From Catajapyx aquilonaris (Eukaryota), in the NCBI GenBank assembly GCA_000934665.2, contig JYFJ02001156.1, positions 1 through 64,000 of the forward strand: a stretch of DNA of 64,000 nt. The letters run 5' to 3'. Shown here piece after piece: positions 1-10,832 of this stretch. The translations under genes were made by a program, and so were the position numbers. The stretch's first letter is position 1; each line of letters begins with the position of its first letter. The notes beneath the pieces are model-generated. The model had not been told where the DNA came from, ran no database searches, and worked only from the letters and a program-made list of their open reading frames with translations.

Positions 1-1
1 T

Positions 2-1529
2 GAGGATAAGCGAGTCCAGGAGGTGAGGAGGTGGGTGAGGGACCTGGGCTTGCAAGAGCACAAGTCCAAGCCTTGCGGGACCTACTCCGGTGGGAACAAG
101 AGGAAGCTGAGCACCGCCATTGCCCTCATTGGTGACCCCAAAGTGGTCTTCCTGGACGAGCCCACCAGCGGAGTTGACCCCGCAGCCAGGAGGAACCTCT
201 GGAAGGTCCTGGCTCAGATCAAGTCCACCGGACAGGCGGTCATACTCACCTCGCACAGGTACTGTGAGATCACTTATACGAGGAGAGGAGACATCCTGCT
301 GTACTATTACATGTACCAAACTCATCTCATACCACGCGTGTTCTAGCATGGACGAATGCGAAGCTCTGTGTTCTCAACTGGCCATAATGGTCAACGGCCA
401 GTTCCAGTGCTTGGGAGGACCTCAGCACATCAAGTCCAAGTTTGGAAAAGGCTTCAGCGTGGTGTTGAAGCTGAAGCAAGGCAGTGACGTTGCCAATCAG
501 GAAGAAGAAGTGTCGGCTCTGAAAAGTCGAGTCGAGTCTACGCTTGCGCCTTGTGTCCTGAAGGACGAACATCAGGTAACATAAGCACGATGATAATAAT
601 ATCACTGTGTAGGGATTTCTGGTAAACAGAGAGTGCTAAATTAGGAAATAGTCGTTAAGAGCAGAGTTTGCAAAATTAACCATCGAGTTTGATTTGTTTA
701 CTCTTGTTCAAGTCTGCCTCAAAGACATTGAGATAATCATGTATATCGATTAACCCCATGCTTCAAGTCCATCAACCTGAAGTCGAGGTTGCCATCTCGG
801 TCGTTGCCAGTTCTGGGAAAGACAGCGTAGATCACACCACGGTCCAAATGGTGTTTGTTTGGGTGCTGGTTGCTTGTACTTGGCAGAATTGAGGGCTTTT
901 GGTCGTTAATTTGGTAATTATTTAAAGAAGCTAAGTTCTAAATCGAAATCGTATAGTACCGTTACCCGCCTGTACCTTGACCTTGGCAGATAGAGTGAAC
1001 CCGGAAAACCGGAACTGGCAGGCGACCGGAAGTTGATAATGAAACCTATACAGTATTTTGACACGCTGTAGCCGAAAAGCCGTATGTTGAATAATTGCTG
1101 AATATAACCGCCCGAGGAACTTGCTGTCCCAGCAAAGCCCCATTGCCAAAGCCTCATTTTAAACTTTTTGCCACATTTCCCACAATTATTTCCCGGAATT
1201 GTCATGGCCGCAGGATGACTTTCATTCGATTCAAGATGTCCGCCGGTTGAGCATTTGTCGCAGTGTTTTTGGTATGTTTGCTACCGTCATCTACAATCTG
1301 ATCTGATCTTGCTGATAACATTGCCTTGTTTTCGGTTGCATTGTATGCATTCTTTTTTCTTTCTTTCTAGGGGCTACTGCAATATCATGTCACTAATACA
1401 ACGTTGTCTTGGACTTTCCTCTTCCGAACCATGGAAAACTTGAAAAAAGAGGTCGATCTGGTGGAAGACTACTCAATCAGCGAGACTACTTTGGAGCAAG
1501 TATTTCTCTCCTTCTCCAAACAGTTGTAG
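2..1529 (+). CDS. ABC transporter subfamily A (ABCA3/ABCA1-like), 3' end: NBD2 and C-terminal regulatory region; 5' part lies outside the window
   Basis: Exons <2-258, 347-575, 1371-1529 with GT-AG introns in phase. Translation shows the ABCA NBD2 signature [15 protein letters not shown], Walker [15 protein letters not shown]-loop [13 protein letters not shown] and the ABCA C-terminal motif [16 protein letters not shown], ending in TAG at 1527-1529. Confidence 0.95.
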
Positions 1530-1864
1530 AAAACAAGAGTGAAGTTGTTTTTTTCCACGTCCGTGAAGAGAAAAGTTAACAAAATTGGACCAAAACTGAT
1601 GGGAAAGAGACCAAGAGCTTCTGACAGCTGCATATACCATCTTTCGGATTTAAAATCATGTTTGGGTGTGTCATATCGGGCACAGGGTAGACTACTTGAT
1701 CTGGGAGCCACAGTAGCCTACTGTAAATAAACTCTGATAATTTATGACCGATTTTAACTAAAATTATGAAAAGTTTAATGGGCCATTCAATTAATATCGT
1801 GTAAGTATTTAACAGAATAACAATTCTCCAACATGTGTTGTGCTTTTTATACGATTGGTATGTG

Positions 1865-1867
<3 letters not shown>

Positions 1868-1935
<68 letters not shown>

Positions 1936-1972
1936 CAACAATAATAAGAACAATAATAAGAACAATAATAAT
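1868..1972. repeat. (AAT)n microsatellite, interrupted by AAC/AAG; it is the SINE tail
   Basis: Directly visible run of aat triplets. Confidence 0.95.
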
Positions 1973-2298
1973 CCGGGTAGTGCCTGACCCTCTTGGGGTA
2001 TGGACCTTTATTGTATCTTTATTGTACATACACTGGAACCTGATTTTTGAAGCGCCCGGGCCCACGGTCAGGATGACAGGAGGGGATGTGCAAGGTGCAG
2101 TGCAATGTCTTAATGTGGCCATTTTTAGTGAACTCCCCCGGGTGGTTTAGTCTGTGGAAATACCACGCACCCGAGACGAAGCCAGAGACGACCCCAGAAC
2201 TCTGCACGAGATGAAGGGGGTGTCCCCGGGTTGGGATCGAACCCGGGACCTTAACATCCGTGGGCGCATACGTTACCGCAGCACCACTCCGCCTCCCC
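1869..2298 (-). mobile_element. tRNA-derived SINE with (TTA)n tail
   Basis: The minus-strand 5' end has an A-box-like TGGTGCTGCGG (2286-2276) and B-box GGTTCGATCCC (2243-2233). The 3' end has AATAAA (2012-2007) followed by a (TTA)n tail (~1972-1869). A perfect 12-bp target-site duplication GGTATGTGTATA lies at 1857-1868 and 2299-2310. Confidence 0.88.
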
Positions 2299-2505
2299 GG
2301 TATGTGTATATTTATTGCATAGTGTGTTGTTGGGCTCAAGAATCTCGATTTTATGAATATTTGAGCCTGTGAACGAGCGCTGTTCGTCGTGCTGAACAAT
2401 GATTCCACCGCTACACTCTAGGCGTCACATAATAATAATTTAGTATGAGTCCACTATAAAAGTCAGGCCACGATAACTTTCAATTGACGCCATCAGGTGC
2501 TGAAC

Positions 2506-2792
2506 CAAAGAGTTCTGCTATATAATATAATACCTAGAGGAGGTACTCCCTATCCTTTTCCATTGGACAGGCTGAGGCAGCCGCCATCTTGTTGGAGGTC
2601 ATATTGTTGTTCTAACAGTTGTCTAGCAACTGGGACAACAACCAATAATGACAACTGGGCGACAATTAGTTCAATAATGTCAGGCGTCCGCCATCTTGTT
2701 GGAGGTCATATTGTTGCCTGCATTGTTGCCTGCCTCACATTTCAGGCCGAGTACCTCCTCTAGGTGTATATATAATATAGCAGAACTCTTTG
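2506..2792. mobile_element. Non-autonomous DNA transposon (MITE) with 8-bp TSD, P- or hAT-like
   Basis: Imperfect terminal inverted repeats of ~43 bp (CAAAGAGTTCTGCTATA...CCTAGAGGAGGTACTC and GAGTACCTCCTCTAGG...TATAGCAGAACTCTTTG). TSD TGCTGAAC at 2498-2505 and 2793-2800. Internal direct repeat CCGCCATCTTGTTGGAGGTCATATTGTTG at ~2581 and ~2688. Confidence 0.88.
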
Positions 2793-5364
2793 TGCTGAAC
2801 ACACCCCTGGAACCTCCCATTTTCCAAGTTTCCATGGAGATGACCTCACAATGAGTTTTCCAGGCATGTAAAAGTTTTCCCGATCCTCATGAGTAGGCCT
2901 ATTAATTATTGTGCGGCAACGAACAGAGGAGGAAATAATTCAAAATAGAAAAAAAACAATCAGTGTATTTCAACAAGAACATATTGATGTCCCTGCAAGG
3001 GTGGTGAAAGTCTCCAATTGCTACGTGTTCTGTATACAATCATGTATTGTACAAATACTACTCTGCGTAATAATGAGAGGAATCATTATTTCCAATGCCA
3101 ATGTAGCAATTTACATTTTTCCTGGTGTGTTTTGTGCTGCATGACAAAATCCCTGTAACACTGGATATCCATAATATAGGACAAGAACCAGGTTTCTTTT
3201 AGCTTCATCTGGTGCATTGTATTATGTGGCAAGGATTCCGTATGAACAATTTGGATTCGAGTAATAATTGACTGAATCTGGGCATGAGAGACATAAGAAG
3301 ATTTTAAAAGTCAACTAAATGACACAAACACTTTCATCCAATCAGACACGTTTTGTATAAGTGACACAAAACTGCACGATACCGTATATGACACACTGGA
3401 TATCCTCAATTGTGGCAAAATACAGGCCAAAGCATGACTATGTGGAATAATAACAATCTAAGTGACAAATATGTGTGTGTGTAACTACAGCATACGTTTA
3501 GTGTTTTCTGCGGCATAATATTGTGTCCTTCTACTTTTATTTTCTTGTCTTACTGTGACGAACACGTTTAACAAAGACCTGGCCGACACCATGTTACACA
3601 GTTTTGTTGTGTAAGACTCTCTTTGTGCATATAGCCTACTGTAAGCAACGGTAGGGTACTTATGACGTTTTCACATTTTTTGACTTATTATTTCAGGGGC
3701 ATGTGTAACTGACAGCATAATAAGTAAGGAACCATAACATACCTGTGTGCAAATTAATAAGCACACTTTATTTGTATTTTGCTATTGTATTATGTGAATT
3801 CACGATACTTGTCCCACATTGCCAGGATTGTATTGCACATATCTGTACAGGACGGTGACCAAGACACATGACCTAATACCGTAATTATCTTACGCGGAGG
3901 AAAGCTAATTCTTATTGTACAAGTAAATCAGCATAAGCAACTTTGGTATGTTTTTTGAAGTACTGTATGCATATGTGCAGAATTTCATGTGTTTCAACCC
4001 TACAACCAGCTTTTAGTGCCAAATGATCAGTTACAGCTGCTTGTTCTGTCAAATGCAAATCTTACAGAATGTTCCATATACACTTCACTTGAAAAGGCTA
4101 TTACTTCGGTTACTCGGTTTCGGAAATCCCATGACTTTCTGAATAGAGAAATCCTCTCTTCTGCAGAACATCACTCCGGAAGTTTGTCAGTTTCCAAATG
4201 GTAAAATCCTGTACTTTTTTCCCATTATTTCAGTGTTCATTGCTGAAGGTTCGAAATAAAAATTCCCTCCAAGCGGACCGTGATTGTACGAAACGTTTGC
4301 AAGAAGTACTGCAGAGGGAAAACAGCCCAACGTGTATTTCGTAACCTGTAAATCGACGTTCATGCAGGAACCATGTGAGCAATCTAGTCATTAGAAGAGA
4401 AAAAGGTCCATTGCTTTCTTGAGAGCTATTGCATGATGTATGAGTTAACAACTCTAATGAGAACCACCAGTTGCATACTGTTTAAATCAATTGGTAAAGG
4501 TCTTTTACGTACACGCCTGCCTTGTTTCACTACTTTCAGTGTTTAGTCCCCAACTACGGTAGTAGACTTTTAGAGGAGCTCGTCAAATCCTCGGCAAAGT
4601 GAGGGTCATACCATCCAATTCTAAAGGACCAAAGAGAATATTAAGCCCGACATAAAACCTCCCCAGGAAGAAGTTGGCAGTATAAGCCTTTGGCAGGTTT
4701 CTTCAAAATGAACTTTGCATGGTTGCGTGACATTCGATTGAAAGAACAGAGCCAAGTCGGCTGCTTAACATTGGCGAATCAATGTAATTTTCACAAAACG
4801 TAATCAATTGCGGCTCATTTTAGTCCTTGGCAGCATGGAATGCACTCTTGTTGCTCAAGAGATGCGATCATTTCCTGGGAATGAGTTATTTGAATACTTG
4901 TGCAAGAGAAAGGAATGAAGCGCAATAATTTTTCCGTAATATAAAAGGTAATATTGCGGAACATCATTGCACAATAAAGATCATGGCGGCAATCAATTCT
5001 CTTTCACAATTCCTTCAATCACGCCTGCACATACTCCTATTTCAATAAGAAAGCAGATTTCTTTTTGTGCTCATTACATTTTGCGATTGCGTCAGTTCAC
5101 TCAGATGTGACTGCGTGGTTAAGCTATAGTTGATGGGTATTGATATGATTTGCGATTAATAATGAAGATTTACTGAGACTTTTAGGAATTTTTTCAGTTG
5201 TTGGCAGGAATTAATCACCTATGTGCTGCGTAACGCTGACTATCACTTGCATGCTGGTAATAACGTAATGGTAATATCGTAAAAGAATGGGATATGACAT
5301 AAAAATTACCGAATTTATTAAGTTCCTGGTTTGAGAGTAGGTGTTAGTGACGATTCCTTAGAAT

Positions 5365-5659
5365 TTAATACAGGTCCTGCAATTCACTTTTAAACTGGCG
5401 TTCTTTCGCTTCCAGGTAATTGTTGAAAAGCTTCAGCACAAACGGCATTCGCAGCAGATATTGAAATATGTACCGGACGACCAAATGTTGCAACCAGCTG
5501 TACCAAGTGACCATGCCCCGAAAAGCATTGGTGTCGATGTCGTTGATGCACCAGCCCATGTATACAGAGACGTCGTCGCATCCGACGAGATGTAGGAAGT
5601 GGGCATTGTGCTGTCCAGGAAGCTCTGAACCACAACCCTCATGATGTACTCTGTCTCTT
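5365..5659 (-). pseudogene. Truncated, frameshifted paralog of the MpaB/Lcp-like oxygenase (3' end only)
   Basis: Colinear with 6319-~6608 of the intact gene (…WCINDIDTNAFRGMVTWYSWL…FNNYLEAKERQFK…). It carries a net +5-nt insertion (CATGTATACAGAGACGTCGTCGCATCC vs CATGTACAGAGACATCGCATCC), and homology stops abruptly at ~5659. Confidence 0.88.
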
Positions 5660-5993
5660 GACAATAGGCAACCCTTTCATGCATCTGGAGAGGCTTACTA
5701 TCACGGATGAAGGTGACTCTTTGGGTCCACACCATCTGGCTTACCTGCTGCTGTCTCACTCCTGTGGTCTGGAGGTTCTGAGTATTTTCCAGAGCTGCGG
5801 CCTGGATGACTCCACTGTCCACGACCTTCTTCAGCGCAACCCAATGATCAAACTGAAAGAATTATGTTTGCACAGCCACCGCCTGACCCCATCTGTCACA
5901 TCAGTGATCTTCGACTTCTTTGGAAAAGACCTGGAGTACGCACATTTTGGCGGTGAGCAGATGGAGGCGGGACTTACCGAACAGTTTCATTAA
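5660..5993 (+). pseudogene. Orphan 3' coding fragment, leucine-rich-repeat (F-box/LRR, RNI-like) type; possibly a terminal exon
   Basis: Open frame with coding-like GC content and LRR-like periodicity (HLERLTI, GLEVLSIFQSCGLDD, KLKELCLHSHRLT). No upstream exons were recognisable in the window. Confidence 0.5.
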
Positions 5994-6318
5994 TTCGATG
6001 CAGGAGAAGTTGATTGAGCCCATACTTCTTCGAGATGGAGATCGGGTATGACGTGGTATTCACATGCCTGGCGGACAGATGCACCGTATCGAGTGTACGT
6101 GATGACGAGTCTTTTGAATATGCGAAAAGGCAATGTATTTTCGACGACGTATGTATGGTGCAACTATACAGTATATGCATATATCAATCGCATGCTAAAT
6201 AGGAGCATCGTAACGTAATACTTGGCATAGATAATAGTGATAACAATAACTGGCTTTATTATATTGAGATAATAGTTTGGCAGTATATAGGTAGGTGTTG
6301 GTATTCTTTCTTCCCAAC

Positions 6319-7475
6319 TTAATACAAGTGGTGCAACTCTCGTTTAAACTGGCGTTCTTTCGCTTCCAGGTAATTGTTGAAGAGTTTCAGCACAAACGGT
6401 ATGCGTAACAGGTATTGAAATATGTACCGGAGGATCCAGTAGTGTAACCAGCTGTACCAAGTGACCATGCCACGAAAAGCATTGGTGTCGATGTCGTTGA
6501 CGCACCAGCACATGTACAGAGACATCGCATCCGACGAGATGTAGGAAGTGGGCATTGTGCTGTCCAGGAAGCTCTGAACCAAAACCCTCATGATGTACTC
6601 TGTCTCTTTGGTCATGTTCTGGAAGGCAGGGTACACCACAGAGTCGAGCAGCTCCTGGCACCTGGCCTGGACCAGGAAGAGGTTCCCCGAGCAAGGGTTG
6701 AACTGGTCCTGTATCCCCAGGTGGTAGGTCAGCACCCTCCAGAGGTGCGCGTACCCTTCCAGGTCCTGCTTCGTCGCACCGTGTATCCCTAGCTTCTCTG
6801 GAGACAGAAGAGCCGGTGTGATTATACCCAGGACAGTGATGGCGTGGTCTACTTGACTCATGTAACAGGGCTGATCTGGTGCATGCAGCTGCTGTACCGG
6901 CGGGTTGTAGCGACTCATGTTCCGACGCATCTCAGGCCAAGTGGTGCATAGGGCCTCGATGACCGGTTCTTGAGATGTGTCGGCCTGGCATGTTTCCACC
7001 TAGGAAAACAGATAACCTATGTAATTATTCACTGACAAACAAAGATATAGCTCCTTACCTTGTTCCTGTCCCTGGCTGCTGCGATGCCTGACTTTCTGTG
7101 CATTTCCTGCACTTTCCGCATGTTGTGGTAAGCTTCGTCCGATGGGTCGTAAATATCACCCAGGTACCAAGACTTGAGGTAGGCCATGGTCAGGAAGGTT
7201 CGTCTGAACGCCTTGGGCATCGTTTCCATATTTCGAGTGTAGAGAATAACCTTGAAGATCGGTGGCCATACGAAGATGCACATCAAGGAGAAGAAGTTGC
7301 CCAACAGGACAGGAACCAGGTACTTCCTGCAGAATTGCTGTCCCCTCTTGTACTTTTCCATGTCCAGCCAGTCAGGAGGGTGGTCCAGAGAGTGAGGTTC
7401 ATGTCCCGAGACTGACAGTCCGTGCAACATTCCGTGAAGGAGAGGCGGTGGATCCTTAGTGGACGTTGGCGACAT
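6319..7475 (-). CDS. ER-bound oxygenase MpaB/MpaB'/latex-clearing-protein (DUF2236) family protein, ~365 aa
   Basis: Exons 7475-7059 and 6999-6319 with a 59-nt phase-0 GT-AG intron. Family-typical motifs PDWLDMEKYKRGQQF, RRTFLT, KVQEMH, SQVDHAIT and DLEGYAHLWRVLTYHLGIQDQFNPC. Confidence 0.85.
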
Positions 7476-8346
7476 GTCCTTTTTCTGAAGACTATTGGAG
7501 ATTTGCTGGTTCCAGCAAGAAATACACTCAGGTTAATTATGTATCATAACGCTTTGTGGAGTCCTATAATAATGAGAGCAGTTTAATTAATCAAATTAAA
7601 ATGCCCTTTATACTCACACAAGCCAGAAAGTGTAGCTTACCACTCTACGTATATGGAAATATCCACAGGGGCCTCACTGGTATTAGCTGCTGATGCGGAG
7701 TTGTAAGGCAAATCGGAGTCGTGGTTCAACTGAACTGATAAATCCAGTTGTAATCCGTTTTTAGGCTGGTGCAAACTGCGAAGGTGTACTTGTTATGTCA
7801 CTCCTCCGCATAAACTAAGTTGATTACGTTGTCCATTCAGACAATAAGCGTCCCCGACTACTTTCCATCAAGTTCGAGCAGACCAATAAGAGAGTGAATT
7901 CATTGATTCCGATACGTCGTAAAATCATCGCTTAGAAGAATATGAGTTCAGGAAAATTTAGATTTGTTGTGGGACAATGCAAATTATTTATTACTTGGGA
8001 ATTGGCAATACGCCTTACCCACTTTTCTTCACACGCTCCGTATAAATAGGTTGACAATGGACTCGGGATTTTTTTTCTAACATACCCGATCGACAAGTGA
8101 CCATTGAAAGGAAGAGAGAGTGAATAAATTAATTAAGTGAATAAAATCATGCAGGCAAGAAAGACTATGAAATAAGAAATAACACATTCGTTTTCTAATA
8201 TTATAAGCAGAATTTAATACTTTTTGGAGCAAATCCTTTGGGGTGTTTGAACCATTGGGTGAAGCTCACTTTATTTCGTAACTTATGGAAACATTTTCCA
8301 ATGCATATATATTTTTTTCAAGATACACTTGTACCTTTGAGTTCAG

Positions 8347-8449
8347 ACTTCCTGCAGAATTGCTGTCCCCTCTTGTACTTTTCCTTGTCCAGCCATTCAA
8401 GAGGGTGGTCCTAAGGGTGACATTCGTGACCCGAGATGGACAGGCCATG
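8347..8449 (-). pseudogene. Short 5'-end relic of a further MpaB/Lcp-like paralog
   Basis: Translates as HGLSISGHECHP*DHPLEWLDKEKYKRGQQFCRK, matching 7424-7322 of the intact gene but with an in-frame TAG. GGTTCAACTGAACTGA at ~8511 also matches the upstream region at ~7723. Confidence 0.8.
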
Positions 8450-10832
8450 GTCCTCCTGTTTATTAAAAATGTCATTTAGGCAATAATACGGTATGGGTTA
8501 TTCAACCAAGGGTTCAACTGAACTGACTAATTGAGCATCTCTTGCTAATCTCTTGCTAACATGTCTAATAACTCGGCAAAATTAAATGATTACCGCAAAA
8601 TATTATTATGGTGGCTCGGCTCACATGAAAAGTCTTGCAGAATTTCTCGGAATTATATCATCAGAAGAGTAATAATAAGTTACATAATAACAATATTGTG
8701 ATGCCGCAATATTAGCGCAAAAATTGCGACATAAAGTTGGGAGCCTTTAATTATGCCACAAAAAAATTGTCATGTCCATTTTCTTGTTTCCTTCACGTAA
8801 TCCGCAAGAACAGGGTATTCATGAAAAACAACCTGACCTTGTTACGCAATCATATGACATAATTATTATGCTCGGATATGTGATAAAATCTAGATTTTGT
8901 CGGCATTGTTTTAAGAAAGTCAAGCAGTTTTCCCATCACCCACTTATTGTGATGCACTTGATTGATTGTCTGTCTTTTATCGGTCAGGGTGCAGTTGCTC
9001 TGCATATCTGTTGCATTATGCACATTATGCAAACAACACTTACAGGTTTAAACCTCCAGAGGGAAAAGGCGTCCAACTCGTGCTGCAACTGACGCAACAT
9101 CTAAAAATGATAAGGTGGACACACAAAAACCACAATGCTATTGTTATCGAATATTTATCCACACCTCATGAAACAATGACTGTACACTGCAACAACTGCA
9201 CTAAAATGCGCTATACATGAGCAGCCCTCGGGTATTTAAAAATGACAAGATAGTATAAAGGTAACAAAAAGAATTGTGCCAACACCTGTCACACATCTAT
9301 GTACACAGTTTGCTACTTTTTTTTTAAATTTCTTGTGGCTGAGGGAGCTGACCCTCAAACGGCCTTGGATTAAAAAAGCGCCGCACTCTCACAAGGCGAG
9401 GGAGGAAAAAAAATATCAATTTTGGCACAATGTCAGGCAATGTCCGAATTCTAGTGACAGGAGGGCCCACAGATTCCCGCGATCACAACCAGAACAATTT
9501 TTTCTAATAACTTTTTTCCAAACAAGTCAACAGGACATTGTGCAACTCTCATCACATCATCCGACACCTTTTTATGTTTGGTGCTATCGGACAAACTACA
9601 GGCATGGTTTACTGAACTATTCAAACTTGTGCTATCATCTTTTCCAAGAACTATCACAAAAAGTGGGACAGGACTCGGGACATGTAGTAAAACATTTTAC
9701 AGCGTGTGGTACGACTTCAATCCTCGAAAAACTGTTGCATTATGGAAACATGACTACACCTATGTGGACGTGTCACCTAATCACTCACTTTCTGTGCATC
9801 ACACATGAGCTGATGTGATTCCAATCCTGTGAATATTCGACTCGATCTACAAAAGTACCTAAATTCGCTGTTCAAAGTCAAATGCAGTGTCTATCAAGGC
9901 ATGTAAAAGCAGTGGGCATAAGTTCGTGCAACAAGAAATCAATCAATCAGTAACATTCAACCTAATTATCCTGATGCTTCGGTGGTGCCAGTGTTGTTCG
10001 TAGTTGCATCCAAAACAAATTGTTCAAATGTTAGAAACCTGTGATTCAACTGCAGAAAGATTATTCAATGCAACGAACTTCCAAACAGTGTTTCAAACGT
10101 TACCATGTTAACTCCTGTCTCATGTCATTTCTTGATTGATAATTTGCTGCACAAAATGCCCGTACACCAACTACTAGTGACATTTCACTTACATCGACTG
10201 ATCTACTGTTGGACATGTTCAAATGCATTGCTGGTTGTGACAGCTTACAAAGAGTGACAACTGTGTTAAGTGACCTGAAATCAGCACCACCTCTGCTTCT
10301 GAGTCATTAAGAAAATCACTATGAAAAAACACAGAGTGAAAATTCAAAGGCAAATACCTGGTAGAAAGACCTCTAAACTGCACGGTGTGTGATATGACAT
10401 ATCTCGTGGAATGAGTCTGCTAGTGAACTGCCCGTAATTTTAAAAAAACAAAACAAAACGAAACACAAAAGAACAAGGTGAGAATCACCTCGTGTGGAAG
10501 CTCAATAAATTAAAATTCAACTGCCCATACGAGGGAAAAAAGTAATGCTATATCAACAGGCACATTTACTGTCTAAGGAATGTTTTGTTTGTGTGTGTGT
10601 GTGTACTTACATAGCTCACATCGATGCTCTAATATTAACTCAAAGCGCTACTGTCATAAATAGTACTTGGCCTAATTCACTAGAATACTGTAACATAGCA
10701 CAAATAATGCCGGACAAATTATACAGAACAATTAACTACAGAAAAGAAAGTCATTTTCTTGCATCTCGTGTGTGTGCGTGTGAACAACTTCACTTAATAC
10801 GTGGTTCCGAACTTGAATTGGTGTGAAACTTC

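Noticed and set aside
1576..2150. Poly-Leu and poly-Ile ORFs
   Set aside because: They are translations of the (AAT)n SINE tail.
2225..2298. tRNA gene
   Set aside because: It has A/B boxes but no convincing acceptor stem or cloverleaf, and it continues into a SINE body with tail and TSD.
9276..9818. 180-aa plus-strand ORF
   Set aside because: GTG start, no recognisable domain and non-coding-like composition; it is probably antisense to the Ajuba 3' UTR.
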